Positions 36,422 through 45,904 of a stretch of 64,000 nt of DNA are shown here, one piece after another. Each line of letters starts with the position of its first letter. Within the stretch, counting starts at the first letter, position 1. The position numbers were made by a program, and so were the translations under genes. The notes below the pieces were generated by a model. It was not told where the DNA came from. It was given only the letters and a program-made list of their open reading frames with translations, and did not search any database. The DNA is from an uncultured Bdellovibrionales bacterium (GTDB taxonomy: Bacteria; Patescibacteriota; Minisyncoccia; Moranbacterales; UBA1568): contig CAZIZG010000001.1 of the NCBI GenBank assembly GCA_964543815.1, positions 39,828 to 103,827 on the forward strand, given 5' to 3'.

Positions 36422-37375
36422 ATGCGTCTCATTATCAACATTCCAGCTTACAACGAAGAATCGGTTATCGGTGCTACAATCACCGCTATGCCACGACACT
36501 ATCGCGGCATTGATGAGGTACTCGTTCAAGTGGTTGATGACGGATCAAGCGACAAAACAGCCACCGTCGCCAAGGAGGCCGGGGCCGATTTCGTTCTATG
36601 CCACGGTATCAATCGTCGGCTCGGCGTTATGTTTGCTACCGCTACCGAGAATGCCTTAAAAGAAGGTGCGGATATCATGGTTAACATTGATGCCGATGGT
36701 CAATTTGATTCGGCTGAAATTCAAAAACTCATTGATCCCATTCTTGAAAATAAAGCCGATATGGTCGTTGGAGACCGTTTCTCTCAGTCAAGCGCCAAAA
36801 ATATCCCTTGGATAAAAGATTTTTTTAACCGACTAGGCGCTTCTCTCGTCGGTTCATTCCTCAATGTGAAAACCCATGATCTCACCTGCGGCTTTCGAGC
36901 TCATAATCGGGAAACTCTCCTTCGACTCAATAATCCAACAGGCTTCACCTATACCCAAGAAACCATCATTGATGCCATCGGGAAAAATCTCCGCATTCTT
37001 TGGGTTCCAGTCCAAGTCACCTATTTCGCTGACCGTAAATCTAAAATCGTCAAAAGTGTCTACAGTTTCGTCAACAACAGCGCCCGCATTATTCTCAAGG
37101 CGGTGCGCGATGTCCGTCCGATGAAATTCTTTGGCTTCCCAGGACTCCTCCTCATTGCCATTGCCATCATAGGATTTATTGCTTTCCTCGCGCAGTACTT
37201 CGGCAGTGGTTTCAAAGTAACACCGTATCTTAACTATCTCCTCTCCTCAAGCATCCTCTTTATTATCGGCATCCAACTCCTCATCTTTGCCTTTATCGCA
37301 GACATGATCAAATCCAACCGCAAACTCACTGAGGATATGATGTATCAGGCTCGCAATGAACGCTACCAAAAATAA
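36422..37375 (+). CDS. GT2 polyprenol-phosphate glycosyltransferase-like
   Basis: IPAYNEE, VDDGSSD, DADGQ, GFRA; two C-terminal TMs. Confidence 0.9.
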   Translation: MRLIINIPAYNEESVIGATITAMPRHYRGIDEVLVQVVDDGSSDKTATVAKEAGADFVLCHGINRRLGVMFATATENALKEGADIMVNIDADGQFDSAEIQKLIDPILENKADMVVGDRFSQSSAKNIPWIKDFFNRLGASLVGSFLNVKTHDLTCGFRAHNRETLLRLNNPTGFTYTQETIIDAIGKNLRILWVPVQVTYFADRKSKIVKSVYSFVNNSARIILKAVRDVRPMKFFGFPGLLLIAIAIIGFIAFLAQYFGSGFKVTPYLNYLLSSSILFIIGIQLLIFAFIADMIKSNRKLTEDMMYQARNERYQK

Positions 37376-37393
37376 TCCCTACTCGGAATTTTC

Positions 37394-38521
37394 ATGCGCA
37401 TCCTTTTTATTTCTCGGGCTTTTCCCCCGGTTACCGGCGGAATTGAGAATCAAAATGCAGCACTCGCCGAGTGGCTTCCCAAGCATGCTACGGTACGCAC
37501 TCTCGCCAATCGTGGTGGTAAAGCCTTGCTGCCCTTGTTCACGCTTCGGGCTTTTTTCCAAGGTCTTTTTCTTATGCGACGTTATGATGTCATACTCCTC
37601 GGTGATGGCGTATTGGCACCGCTCGGTTTTGCTTTTCGATTCTTCGCCTGGAAAAAACCAATTGCCGTTGTCCTCCATGGACTTGATCTCACCTTTGCTA
37701 CCAAAAAAGGATTTCTGCCCACACTCTACGCCGGCTTGAATATTCCCTGTCTAAAAACACTCAGTCTCTACATCGCCGTGAGTAAAGAAACCCGCGCTGT
37801 AGCAGAAAAGCTCGGACTTGCCACTGAAAAATGCGTAGTCATTAATAATGGAATTGATCCTGATACCCTCACTGGTCAATATAGTCGCAGCGACCTTTCA
37901 GCCCTGCTTCAACAAGACCTCTCTCAAAAGCTTGTTTTGGTCCGGGTAGGACGCTATGTCAAACACAAGGGTAATGAATGGTTCATCAGAAACGTCATGC
38001 CCCTTCTCCCAGAAAACATCATCCTCGTAACAGCTGGTGCTGTGGTTAAAAGAAGCACCCCGGGAGATGCTGATATTTACCCGGCTTGCGTAGCTGCCGT
38101 CACGGAACTTCATCTCGAAGAAAGAGTCATCCTTCTCACCAACCTTGCCTGGAACGATATCAAGCTCCTGTACCACACTGCTGATATCATTGTATCACCA
38201 AACATTGAGGTGCCCGGAACGATGGAGGGCTTCGGTATTTCCGTTATCGAAGCCGCTCTTTGTGGCAGACCCGTTATCGCCTCAAATCTTCAGGGCTTAA
38301 AGGATGCTATCATAGAGAATGAGAATGGAGTACTCGTGCCACCAGGAGATGCCCAAGCTATCAAACAAGCCATAGAAAATTTAGTAGCCCACGAAGCAGA
38401 GCGGGAGGCGTTAAGCGAACGAGCAAAACGCTATACTCGTGAGCATTTTCACTGGCAGACTATTTCTCGAGAATACGTGACAGTCCTCGAGCGAATCACA
38501 CAACACAGTTCCTCGCTATGA
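37394..38521 (+). CDS. GT4 glycosyltransferase
   Basis: FPPVTGGIE, VGRYVKHKG, EGFGISVIEA. Confidence 0.92.
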   Translation: MRILFISRAFPPVTGGIENQNAALAEWLPKHATVRTLANRGGKALLPLFTLRAFFQGLFLMRRYDVILLGDGVLAPLGFAFRFFAWKKPIAVVLHGLDLTFATKKGFLPTLYAGLNIPCLKTLSLYIAVSKETRAVAEKLGLATEKCVVINNGIDPDTLTGQYSRSDLSALLQQDLSQKLVLVRVGRYVKHKGNEWFIRNVMPLLPENIILVTAGAVVKRSTPGDADIYPACVAAVTELHLEERVILLTNLAWNDIKLLYHTADIIVSPNIEVPGTMEGFGISVIEAALCGRPVIASNLQGLKDAIIENENGVLVPPGDAQAIKQAIENLVAHEAEREALSERAKRYTREHFHWQTISREYVTVLERITQHSSSL

Positions 38522-40485
38522 CCCCCCTCATCATCACCCTCGTCTTTTGTATCGCCATCACTGTTCTTTTTTTGTTGCCAGGTTTTTTTCTGTTGCGCGT
38601 ATTTCTTGAAAAACCACTTTCTACTCTCCCTACCTGGTGCCTCTCGCTTGCCCTTGGCCTGGGTTTTTTGAATTTTCTCATGATTCTCATGGGAAAAACC
38701 AGCATCCATTATACGTTCACCTCCCTCTCAATCGCGCTTTTCTCAGCCGTATTCACTCTCTTCCTTGGATCACTTCTCTATCGAAGATTTTTTTTGCGCA
38801 CCTCCCCCAAAAAAACATCTGAGGAATCATCACTCTCCTTCTCACACACCCAAACCGGCCTCTTTATCATACTTCTTGTAATAACAGTGCTCATCAAGAC
38901 AATCTACCTCTCCCACGCCATTCTTCCCACCGCTACTGATCTTGGTCATCACATGTACTGGTCAAAAGTTATTGCTGAATCTGGAACATTACCCACCTAC
39001 GAAAAATCTGACATTGTCACTGATATCAACGGTAACTACCAAATAGCTTCTCCCGAACCCATTGCCGATTTTATTATTGGCGAACACTTGCCGTTTGCTG
39101 CTATTTATCTTTTCACCGGCATTGACTTCCTCTCAGCTTTTCCCATCCTCTTTCTCCTATTCATCAACCTCATGTCAACACTTGCTTTGGTAGTGCTGGC
39201 TCAAAGCTTTGCCCAAGACCTGAAAGGGCACTTCCTTCATTCCAGGCTGTTTACTCGGGAAAATATTGCTCTGGCCACCCTGTTCTTTTTTGGGCCACTC
39301 TATACGCTGGCATCACCTCAGGCCAAGTTCGTTTCCGGTGGCGTCGTAGGAAACACCCTTGGTAATTTTTTCATGCCAGTTATCTTCTACGCTTTTTATA
39401 GAGCTCTCCGTGAGAAACGCTCTGATTTTCTTGCGCTTGGAATGCTACTCACTTTTTCCCTTGCCTACATACACCATTTAAGCACCCTCATGACCTTGTT
39501 CGTACTTATCGGTGTAGCCGTGACTTCACTCATCATTCGATTCAATTCTTTCACCGAAACTCTCCGTTCCTGGTTTGAACTCATTCTTCGACCAAAGCCA
39601 CTCCTCGTACTCCTGTCTGCTTGTATTTTCTTTTTTGGAATAGCGCTGCCGACCTATATCGAAACACACGCTGTAGGCACCGCTCTCGGCACCCCTACCA
39701 AGACTACTCGCACTGGTCTGTCGTTTTATCAAATCACATTTTCATCTGGCGAAACTCGCGTCGCCCTCGGTCTCATAGGGATGTTCCTTCTCGCAGCCCT
39801 CAGTGCACGTAAAACATATGCCAGTGCATTTCTACTCGGATGGGGAGGTATACTCAGCGTTATGACATTTCGACCTAATCTCCTTTTCATCAATATACCC
39901 TCTAACCGAATCGGCGCTTATCTCTCATTTCCCCTTGGACTCCTCGCCGCCGTAGCATTCATCGGTTTTTTCGCTCTCGCCATTTCTCAGACTAAAAAAC
40001 ATCTCCTCCTTCCCGGTTTTCTTTTTCTCATTATGGCATTCTCTTCGTTTTTCTTTGCTCTCGGTAGCGGAAGTTATGACAATGGCCAAACGCTTCTTCC
40101 AAACAGTAAGGCGCAGTCTGCCCTAGAAACATTCACCGCCTCTCGATTTCTCGCTGTCCATACCACAGCCGATGATGTTATTCTGAAAGACCACAACTAT
40201 ATCACCGCTGATTCCTGGATGAAATTATTCTTTTTACGTGGCTATACCTACCCACTCTCCCGTGGCTTCTTTAAGCGCTATGAGGACAACCCGAATCGCG
40301 AACAATGCACTCTTCTCATGATTTCAGTCCCTAATACCGCCCGTGGGGAAAAATGCTACACTGAAACTGGTACCAATTATGTCGTCGTCAATCCTAAATT
40401 TGATATTACCCCCTTCGAAAAATCAGCTCGTTTCAATCGCATCTATGCCTCCGAAAGCATCCATATCTACCAACGAACACCATGA
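38518..40485 (+). CDS. Large polytopic membrane protein, probable GT-C fold
   Basis: More than 12 TM; DLGHH motif in an early external loop; YIHH; soluble C-terminal domain. Confidence 0.65.
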   Translation: MTPLIITLVFCIAITVLFLLPGFFLLRVFLEKPLSTLPTWCLSLALGLGFLNFLMILMGKTSIHYTFTSLSIALFSAVFTLFLGSLLYRRFFLRTSPKKTSEESSLSFSHTQTGLFIILLVITVLIKTIYLSHAILPTATDLGHHMYWSKVIAESGTLPTYEKSDIVTDINGNYQIASPEPIADFIIGEHLPFAAIYLFTGIDFLSAFPILFLLFINLMSTLALVVLAQSFAQDLKGHFLHSRLFTRENIALATLFFFGPLYTLASPQAKFVSGGVVGNTLGNFFMPVIFYAFYRALREKRSDFLALGMLLTFSLAYIHHLSTLMTLFVLIGVAVTSLIIRFNSFTETLRSWFELILRPKPLLVLLSACIFFFGIALPTYIETHAVGTALGTPTKTTRTGLSFYQITFSSGETRVALGLIGMFLLAALSARKTYASAFLLGWGGILSVMTFRPNLLFINIPSNRIGAYLSFPLGLLAAVAFIGFFALAISQTKKHLLLPGFLFLIMAFSSFFFALGSGSYDNGQTLLPNSKAQSALETFTASRFLAVHTTADDVILKDHNYITADSWMKLFFLRGYTYPLSRGFFKRYEDNPNREQCTLLMISVPNTARGEKCYTETGTNYVVVNPKFDITPFEKSARFNRIYASESIHIYQRTP

Positions 40486-40847
40486 AATTCGTCTCGTCTG
40501 AAAAACTTATACTCGCGGTTTTCCTCGCTCTCTTTTTCACGAGCGCTACCTATCTTTTTTGGCAAAATAACCAAGAGCTTAATCCTGACCAGGATAAGAA
40601 CTGGTGGGCACTTTCTTTTGCTGTCCCCGAAGACCAAAGCAGCCTCTCCTTTGTCATTGAAAATCACAGTGATTATCAATCGTTCCATTATCAAATAGAG
40701 AGTGACCGAGTCCTGCTAGAAGAACGCGATATCATTATTCCAAGCGGGAGTAACACCGCAGTTACCCCCGAAATCACCGCCCGATTGAATGCACGAACAA
40801 ACATTATCGTCACTACTCCGTCAGGAAAAAAAATCATCTACCGTTAA
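40482..40847 (+). CDS. Small membrane-anchored beta-rich protein
   Basis: N-terminal TM; ATGA overlap with the upstream stop. Confidence 0.7.
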   Translation: MKFVSSEKLILAVFLALFFTSATYLFWQNNQELNPDQDKNWWALSFAVPEDQSSLSFVIENHSDYQSFHYQIESDRVLLEERDIIIPSGSNTAVTPEITARLNARTNIIVTTPSGKKIIYR

Positions 40848-40858
40848 CTGGCAATTCT

Positions 40859-41977
40859 ATGTTCAAAAAAGTCCTGCTCGCGACTCGTCCTCTCGTGCCC
40901 CCATGGGATGAGGCTTCTAAAAACTTTGCCTATTTCCTTGGCAAAGAAGTCCGTGACCATCAGCTCACTCTCCTGGCTTCTCACCAGCCACTGACTGGAC
41001 TTCCCGAAAGTGCCAACCAGATTGCACTGTTTGAAACGGGTCATTTCAATTTCAAAGCAAAATACCGACTTTTTTCGTACCTGCGTACTGCCCGAAACGA
41101 GTTTGATATCACTCATTATTTATTTACTCCCACCAAACAAAATACTCGCCTCATTAGACTTTTCGCTAAACCTACCAAAGGCAAGACACTCCAAACGGTT
41201 GCTACGCTTCGTGATGACCTCTACTCTGATCGAGCCCTCCGCAAACTCCTTTTTGCTGACCACCTTGTTGTTTACACGGACCGATCTAAAGAAAAACTCA
41301 ACCGACTCGGATTTGATAATGTGACCCGGATTTACCCAGGTATCGATCTTGATCGTTACCGTCCAATGGGTAAGAATACCAATGTTTTGACTGAACTTGG
41401 ACTCAAACCAGAACATTTTGTTGTTCTCTATCCCGGAGAATATGTCCGATTAGGTGCGACTGATATGCTCACCGAAGCATTCCTCTCGTATTTCTCGGAG
41501 CATCCCGAAACCAATCTTCGCTTTGTTTTTGCCTGCCGAGTAAAAAATGAGGCTGATCATAAAAAGAAAGTGGCTGTCCACCGACGTTTCGCCGAGGCTA
41601 GCCTTCTTGATTATGTAGCCTTTTCGGATACTATCTCTGATATGCCCAGCCTCTACAACTCAAGCGACCTCGTCATTTTTCCGGTTGAAAATCTCAACGG
41701 AAAATTTGACGTCCCACTCATCATCATCGAAGCCTACGCTTGCGGAAAACCAGTTATTCTCTCAGATTTACCCCAATTTCGTGAGTTTGCAAACAGTAAT
41801 ATTTGTGTTACCATCCCAAAGGATAATGGCGCTAAATTAATCGAAAAAATAGCTTATTTAAAGCAAAATATTGAAGAGCAACAGCGAATTGGTGATAATG
41901 CCCGACGTTTCGTCAAGGATCATTTTGATCTCAAAAACACCGCCAAACAGTACGAGGAAATCTATTCGTCTCTCTAA
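40859..41977 (+). CDS. GT4 glycosyltransferase (variant motif)
   Basis: IYPGID, SDLVIFP, DVPLIIIEAYACGKPVI. Confidence 0.85.
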   Translation: MFKKVLLATRPLVPPWDEASKNFAYFLGKEVRDHQLTLLASHQPLTGLPESANQIALFETGHFNFKAKYRLFSYLRTARNEFDITHYLFTPTKQNTRLIRLFAKPTKGKTLQTVATLRDDLYSDRALRKLLFADHLVVYTDRSKEKLNRLGFDNVTRIYPGIDLDRYRPMGKNTNVLTELGLKPEHFVVLYPGEYVRLGATDMLTEAFLSYFSEHPETNLRFVFACRVKNEADHKKKVAVHRRFAEASLLDYVAFSDTISDMPSLYNSSDLVIFPVENLNGKFDVPLIIIEAYACGKPVILSDLPQFREFANSNICVTIPKDNGAKLIEKIAYLKQNIEEQQRIGDNARRFVKDHFDLKNTAKQYEEIYSSL

Positions 41978-42001
41978 ATAAAAAGTGCACCTTTTATCAA
42001 C

Positions 42002-42170
42002 GAAAAGATTTTCCTTTTCTTACCACTTTCGTTCCGTCGAACATTTCTTTACTCGCTGCGCCAAACAGGGAACTGTCATGCACAGGATGTCAGTCACGTT
42101 CGACTGTTACCGGCACACTCATAAGAAATGTTACCGACATCACACGGAGAAAGAAAATGAAAATCTTTCC
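42002..42170. ncRNA. Candidate ~170-nt structured RNA (long stem capped by a multibranch head)
   Basis: Two perfect 10-bp stems plus shorter helices; sits in the only large gap of an otherwise tight operon. Confidence 0.5.
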
Positions 42171-42199
42171 ATCTCAAAAAATTATCTTGATCAAAAGCT

Positions 42200-43705
42200 A
42201 TGTACGAACCAAATATTACCAAGCTTTCAGAGCACAAAAGCGAATTCCGGACCGAGAAGATGAAGGTCCCAGTTGTCTTCCATGTGGGTGAAAAACTGAT
42301 GCCCGGCGATGACACCATGAAACAACTCGAAAGCGTTGCTGGAAATGACTGCATCTTTCATCATGTCGCTGCTATGGCTGATGTACACTCAAAACCGGGT
42401 CGCAAAAATGCTACTGGTACCACCGTCACATCTGAAAAATTTATTCTGCCTCAGGTAAACGATAGCGACCCAGCCTGTGGAATGCGTCTCGTTCGTCTTA
42501 ACCTCGATGATACTAATATTACTCCCGCAGAGATCGAGCGTGTCTTTCAGGTGGCCACCAAAACCGTCCCCACTAAAAAATACGTCGGGACTATTTTGCC
42601 GTTTCGCGTCATTATTGATATCTGCCGCCTCGGTATCGCCCCCCTCATCGAATATCTCAGCATCAAAACAAAAAATGAGGCTGAAAACAGCATTGATCGT
42701 GGCAATTTCTTTGATGAAGCTCCTACTCGTCGAGGCATCATGAATATCATTCCGCCACTCTTTCTCTTTTTTGCCCAGTTTCGCTCGGGCATTATCGGGG
42801 CAGCTGGCAACCACTTTCTTGATCTCATGAAAGTAACCGAGATAGTTGATCCGGTAGTGGCAGAAAAATTTAATCTTCGAAAAGGTCAGTATATCCTCAT
42901 GGTTCACTGTGGATCAGGCATCCTCGGACAATACACCATGTATATGTTTACCGCCAAAAAGCGTGAACACCTCTCTACTGCTATTCTCATGAATATCGGA
43001 CGCCTCTTCTGGTTCACGCCATTCAAAAAAACCATTCAGGCTATTGCTCAAAAAATTCGCCAGTCAGATTTTGGAAAAAAAGAACCGCTCATTACTTTTG
43101 ACGGCGCACAGGAAGACGGTCATTTATATATGGCTGCCCGCCGTGCCTGTTCCAATTTTGCCCACGCCAATCGGGCCACGATTACACACAACTTTGTCAC
43201 TACCGCTGAGAAGGTTCTTGGTCGATCCATCGAGGCCGACCTTCTCTACGACATGCCCCATATTCTCGTATCCCAAGAAGAACACTATGACAAACAAGTC
43301 TGGGTACACCGCAATGGTACTAGTCGCGCCTACGGACCAAGTCGCATGGCCAACCATCCCACCTTCAAAACCACAGGCGAACCCGCTTTTATTCCAACCT
43401 CTATGAGCACTGAAGCCTACCTGTGTGTTGGCCAAGATGGTAATGAATCAAGTTTTTATTCCTGTAACCATGGCGCTGGAAAGGCCGCAAAGAATTCCGA
43501 GACTGAGGTACCGGAAAATAAAAAAGCACTCCATGAAAAACTAGCGACTCGGGGAGTAAAACTCTACAATGGCCAATCCTCGAAGGTTATCGAACAAGAT
43601 TCATCACACTACAAACGAGCAGAGGACGTCATCGAAAGCGTTGTAGCCAATGGCGTCGTAAAACCCGTGGTAAAACTACAACCCATTTCGGTTATCATGT
43701 ACTAA
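42200..43705 (+). CDS. rtcB: Divergent RtcB-family ligase
   Basis: MADVH, DPACGMR, GNHF, HCGSG, NFAHANR, YDMPH, HRNG, IPTSM, SCNHGAGK, HYK. Confidence 0.88.
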   Translation: MYEPNITKLSEHKSEFRTEKMKVPVVFHVGEKLMPGDDTMKQLESVAGNDCIFHHVAAMADVHSKPGRKNATGTTVTSEKFILPQVNDSDPACGMRLVRLNLDDTNITPAEIERVFQVATKTVPTKKYVGTILPFRVIIDICRLGIAPLIEYLSIKTKNEAENSIDRGNFFDEAPTRRGIMNIIPPLFLFFAQFRSGIIGAAGNHFLDLMKVTEIVDPVVAEKFNLRKGQYILMVHCGSGILGQYTMYMFTAKKREHLSTAILMNIGRLFWFTPFKKTIQAIAQKIRQSDFGKKEPLITFDGAQEDGHLYMAARRACSNFAHANRATITHNFVTTAEKVLGRSIEADLLYDMPHILVSQEEHYDKQVWVHRNGTSRAYGPSRMANHPTFKTTGEPAFIPTSMSTEAYLCVGQDGNESSFYSCNHGAGKAAKNSETEVPENKKALHEKLATRGVKLYNGQSSKVIEQDSSHYKRAEDVIESVVANGVVKPVVKLQPISVIMY

Positions 43706-43709
43706 CACC

Positions 43710-44318
43710 ATGCGCTTTATTTCTTTTTCAGGAGTTGATGGTTCTGGGAAATCCACCCAACTCGAGCTCCTCCGTACCAAGCTCGTGAGCCAAGGTAAAA
43801 AAGTAGCTTATTTCCATGCTATCGAGTTTTCTCTTGCCAATAAACTCTCTCGCTATTGGAAACGGCAACAATCCTTTGTCCCAGGAAATGAGACGGCAGT
43901 CACTACGGCCTCATTTTTTTCTACTCTTCTTCGTGAAAAATTTCTTCTCATCGACATGCTCCGCTTTCGATTCCTGTATCATTCATTGAAAAATCAGGGG
44001 TATGATTATCTCCTTTCTGATCGATCATTTTATGATTCTCTCATTCACATTGCTTTTCTCTCTGATCACTGGCTTATCCATATCGGACTAAAAGTTCTTG
44101 ATGTCTTTTTACCACGTGCTGATATGGCACTCTACTTCAACCTCCCTCCCGAGGTTATTATGAATCGCGAACGCGTCCCCGAACAGGGCCTCTCCTATCT
44201 CGAGGCTAAGACACGACTCTTTGAGGAAAAAGCTCCCGACTGGAAAATGATTACTATTGACGCCAATAAAGACAGAGAGCTTCTGAACCAAGAAGTCCAA
44301 AAATTACTCGCTCTTTGA
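43710..44318 (+). CDS. Thymidylate-kinase-like P-loop kinase
   Basis: SGVDGSGKST, LSDRSFYD, P.AD...F.LPPE...R, IDAN. Confidence 0.8.
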   Translation: MRFISFSGVDGSGKSTQLELLRTKLVSQGKKVAYFHAIEFSLANKLSRYWKRQQSFVPGNETAVTTASFFSTLLREKFLLIDMLRFRFLYHSLKNQGYDYLLSDRSFYDSLIHIAFLSDHWLIHIGLKVLDVFLPRADMALYFNLPPEVIMNRERVPEQGLSYLEAKTRLFEEKAPDWKMITIDANKDRELLNQEVQKLLAL

Positions 44319-45832
44319 ACGAATATTTCAACTTGAATTCCGCTATGAAAAAATTCTCCCAGGCTCTCGTTTGGTTAACGCTGTCCGAGGTCATCTACAA
44401 CATCGGTGGCTATATTATTCAATCTTCCCTCGGTCGTATCCTCGGCCCAGAAGAGTATGGCCGGTACGGTCTCGTGGTAACCCTCACGACAATGATTATC
44501 ATTCTCATTGGCAATGGTATCCCCACAGCCATGTCTAAATATCTGAGTGAGGTCTTTGCGTCACATCCAGAGAAGATTCTCGGTATTAAATATCAGGCCA
44601 TGCGTCTCCAGTTTGTCCTCATGTTTACTGTCACGATTATTTTTTTTCTGGCGGCCCCACTCATCGCCCGGGCACTCCATGACCCTACCCTGACGCCACT
44701 TTTCCGATTTTCCTCACTAATTATTCCAGCCTTCGCTGCGGCTTCATTTTATTTCTACTACTATACTGGCCTGCATTTTTTCCGATTACAGGCATTTCTC
44801 AAAACGATTCGTTCTCTGGCTCGCGTACTCTTTATTGTCGGCTTTGCTTATTTCTACGGAGTACATGGCGCCATCTCGGGCTATATCGCTGCACCACTTT
44901 TTGTTTTTGCTGTCGCTCTCCTCTGTGATTTCATCGCCACTCATCGCTACTTTCCTACCCTCAAACAATCTTCGTTTCAGTCAACAGCTCTTTTTTCCGG
45001 AAAAACGCTCCTTGCTTATGCTTGGCCCCTCACCCTCTTCCTTCTTTTTTATGAATTCATCCTTACTCTCGATCTGTACTTCGTCAAGGCACTCCTTGGT
45101 AGCGACTATTTGACCGGCATCTACAATGCCGCTATTACTGTCGGACGCATACCGTACTATCTCTTCTACGCTCTCACTATTATCCTTCTTCCCGCTATTT
45201 CTAAAACAACCGCCGAACGGGATACCAAAGAAACAGAAGCGCTCGTCAATAAATCACTCCGTCTCATGACCTTTCTCCTGTTTCCCTTGGTCACGCTCCT
45301 CATCGCCTACGCCAACCAGTCGCTTCACTTTTTCTATGGGGCAAAATACGCCGAGGCGGTGATACCAATGAGTATCTATGCTATCGGTGTAGGGTTCCTA
45401 ACTGTTTTTTATGTTCTCTCTTTTGCTCTGAATGGAGCCGGCCTGGTAAAAATTCCCATGAAACTCACTCTAGCTGGTCTCGTTGGTATGGTGACGCTTA
45501 ACTTTCTCTTGATTCCTCAGTACCAACTTGTTGGTGCTGCTCTTTCAACTACACTTGTTTCTCTCGTCTTGATGGCTGGAATTTTGTACTACACCGAACA
45601 TCATTTTCATGTTCATCTTTCACTCCGAATGGTTATTGTTTCTTGCTTGAGCTCAATCTTCCTCGCTCTCTGTGCTCAAGTTCTCCCTCACGGAACCCTC
45701 AGCTTTTTTCTCTCTGGATCAGTACTGTTTCTTCTTCATTTCGTCATCTTAAAACGCACTGGGATACTCACCGAGCATGACCTCGCACCCCTACTCAAAT
45801 TGCTTCCCAGAAATAAACGCTCACAAACCTAG
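44315..45832 (+). CDS. Wzx/MOP-family oligosaccharide flippase
   Basis: RILGPEEYGRY, D..FVKALLG....GIYNAA, LNFLLIP.Y..VGAA; about 14 TM; alternative start ATG 44345. Confidence 0.9.
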   Translation: MNEYFNLNSAMKKFSQALVWLTLSEVIYNIGGYIIQSSLGRILGPEEYGRYGLVVTLTTMIIILIGNGIPTAMSKYLSEVFASHPEKILGIKYQAMRLQFVLMFTVTIIFFLAAPLIARALHDPTLTPLFRFSSLIIPAFAAASFYFYYYTGLHFFRLQAFLKTIRSLARVLFIVGFAYFYGVHGAISGYIAAPLFVFAVALLCDFIATHRYFPTLKQSSFQSTALFSGKTLLAYAWPLTLFLLFYEFILTLDLYFVKALLGSDYLTGIYNAAITVGRIPYYLFYALTIILLPAISKTTAERDTKETEALVNKSLRLMTFLLFPLVTLLIAYANQSLHFFYGAKYAEAVIPMSIYAIGVGFLTVFYVLSFALNGAGLVKIPMKLTLAGLVGMVTLNFLLIPQYQLVGAALSTTLVSLVLMAGILYYTEHHFHVHLSLRMVIVSCLSSIFLALCAQVLPHGTLSFFLSGSVLFLLHFVILKRTGILTEHDLAPLLKLLPRNKRSQT

Positions 45833-45835
45833 AGC

Positions 45836-45864
45836 TTGATTCTTTTTTGAGAGCGGCATACACT
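45836..45864 (+). promoter_or_regulatory. sigma70 promoter of the 50-aa ORF
   Basis: TTGATT-17 nt-TACACT. Confidence 0.6.
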
Positions 45865-45904
45865 CGAGGTACGACGCACCGTCCCGATGCGTAAGGAGAC
45901 GGAC

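Noticed and set aside
41985-42354. ORFs 41985..42263 (+) and 42094..42354 (-) in front of rtcB
   Set aside because: Atypical composition and overlap with rtcB. The interval is better explained by its extensive base-pairing.
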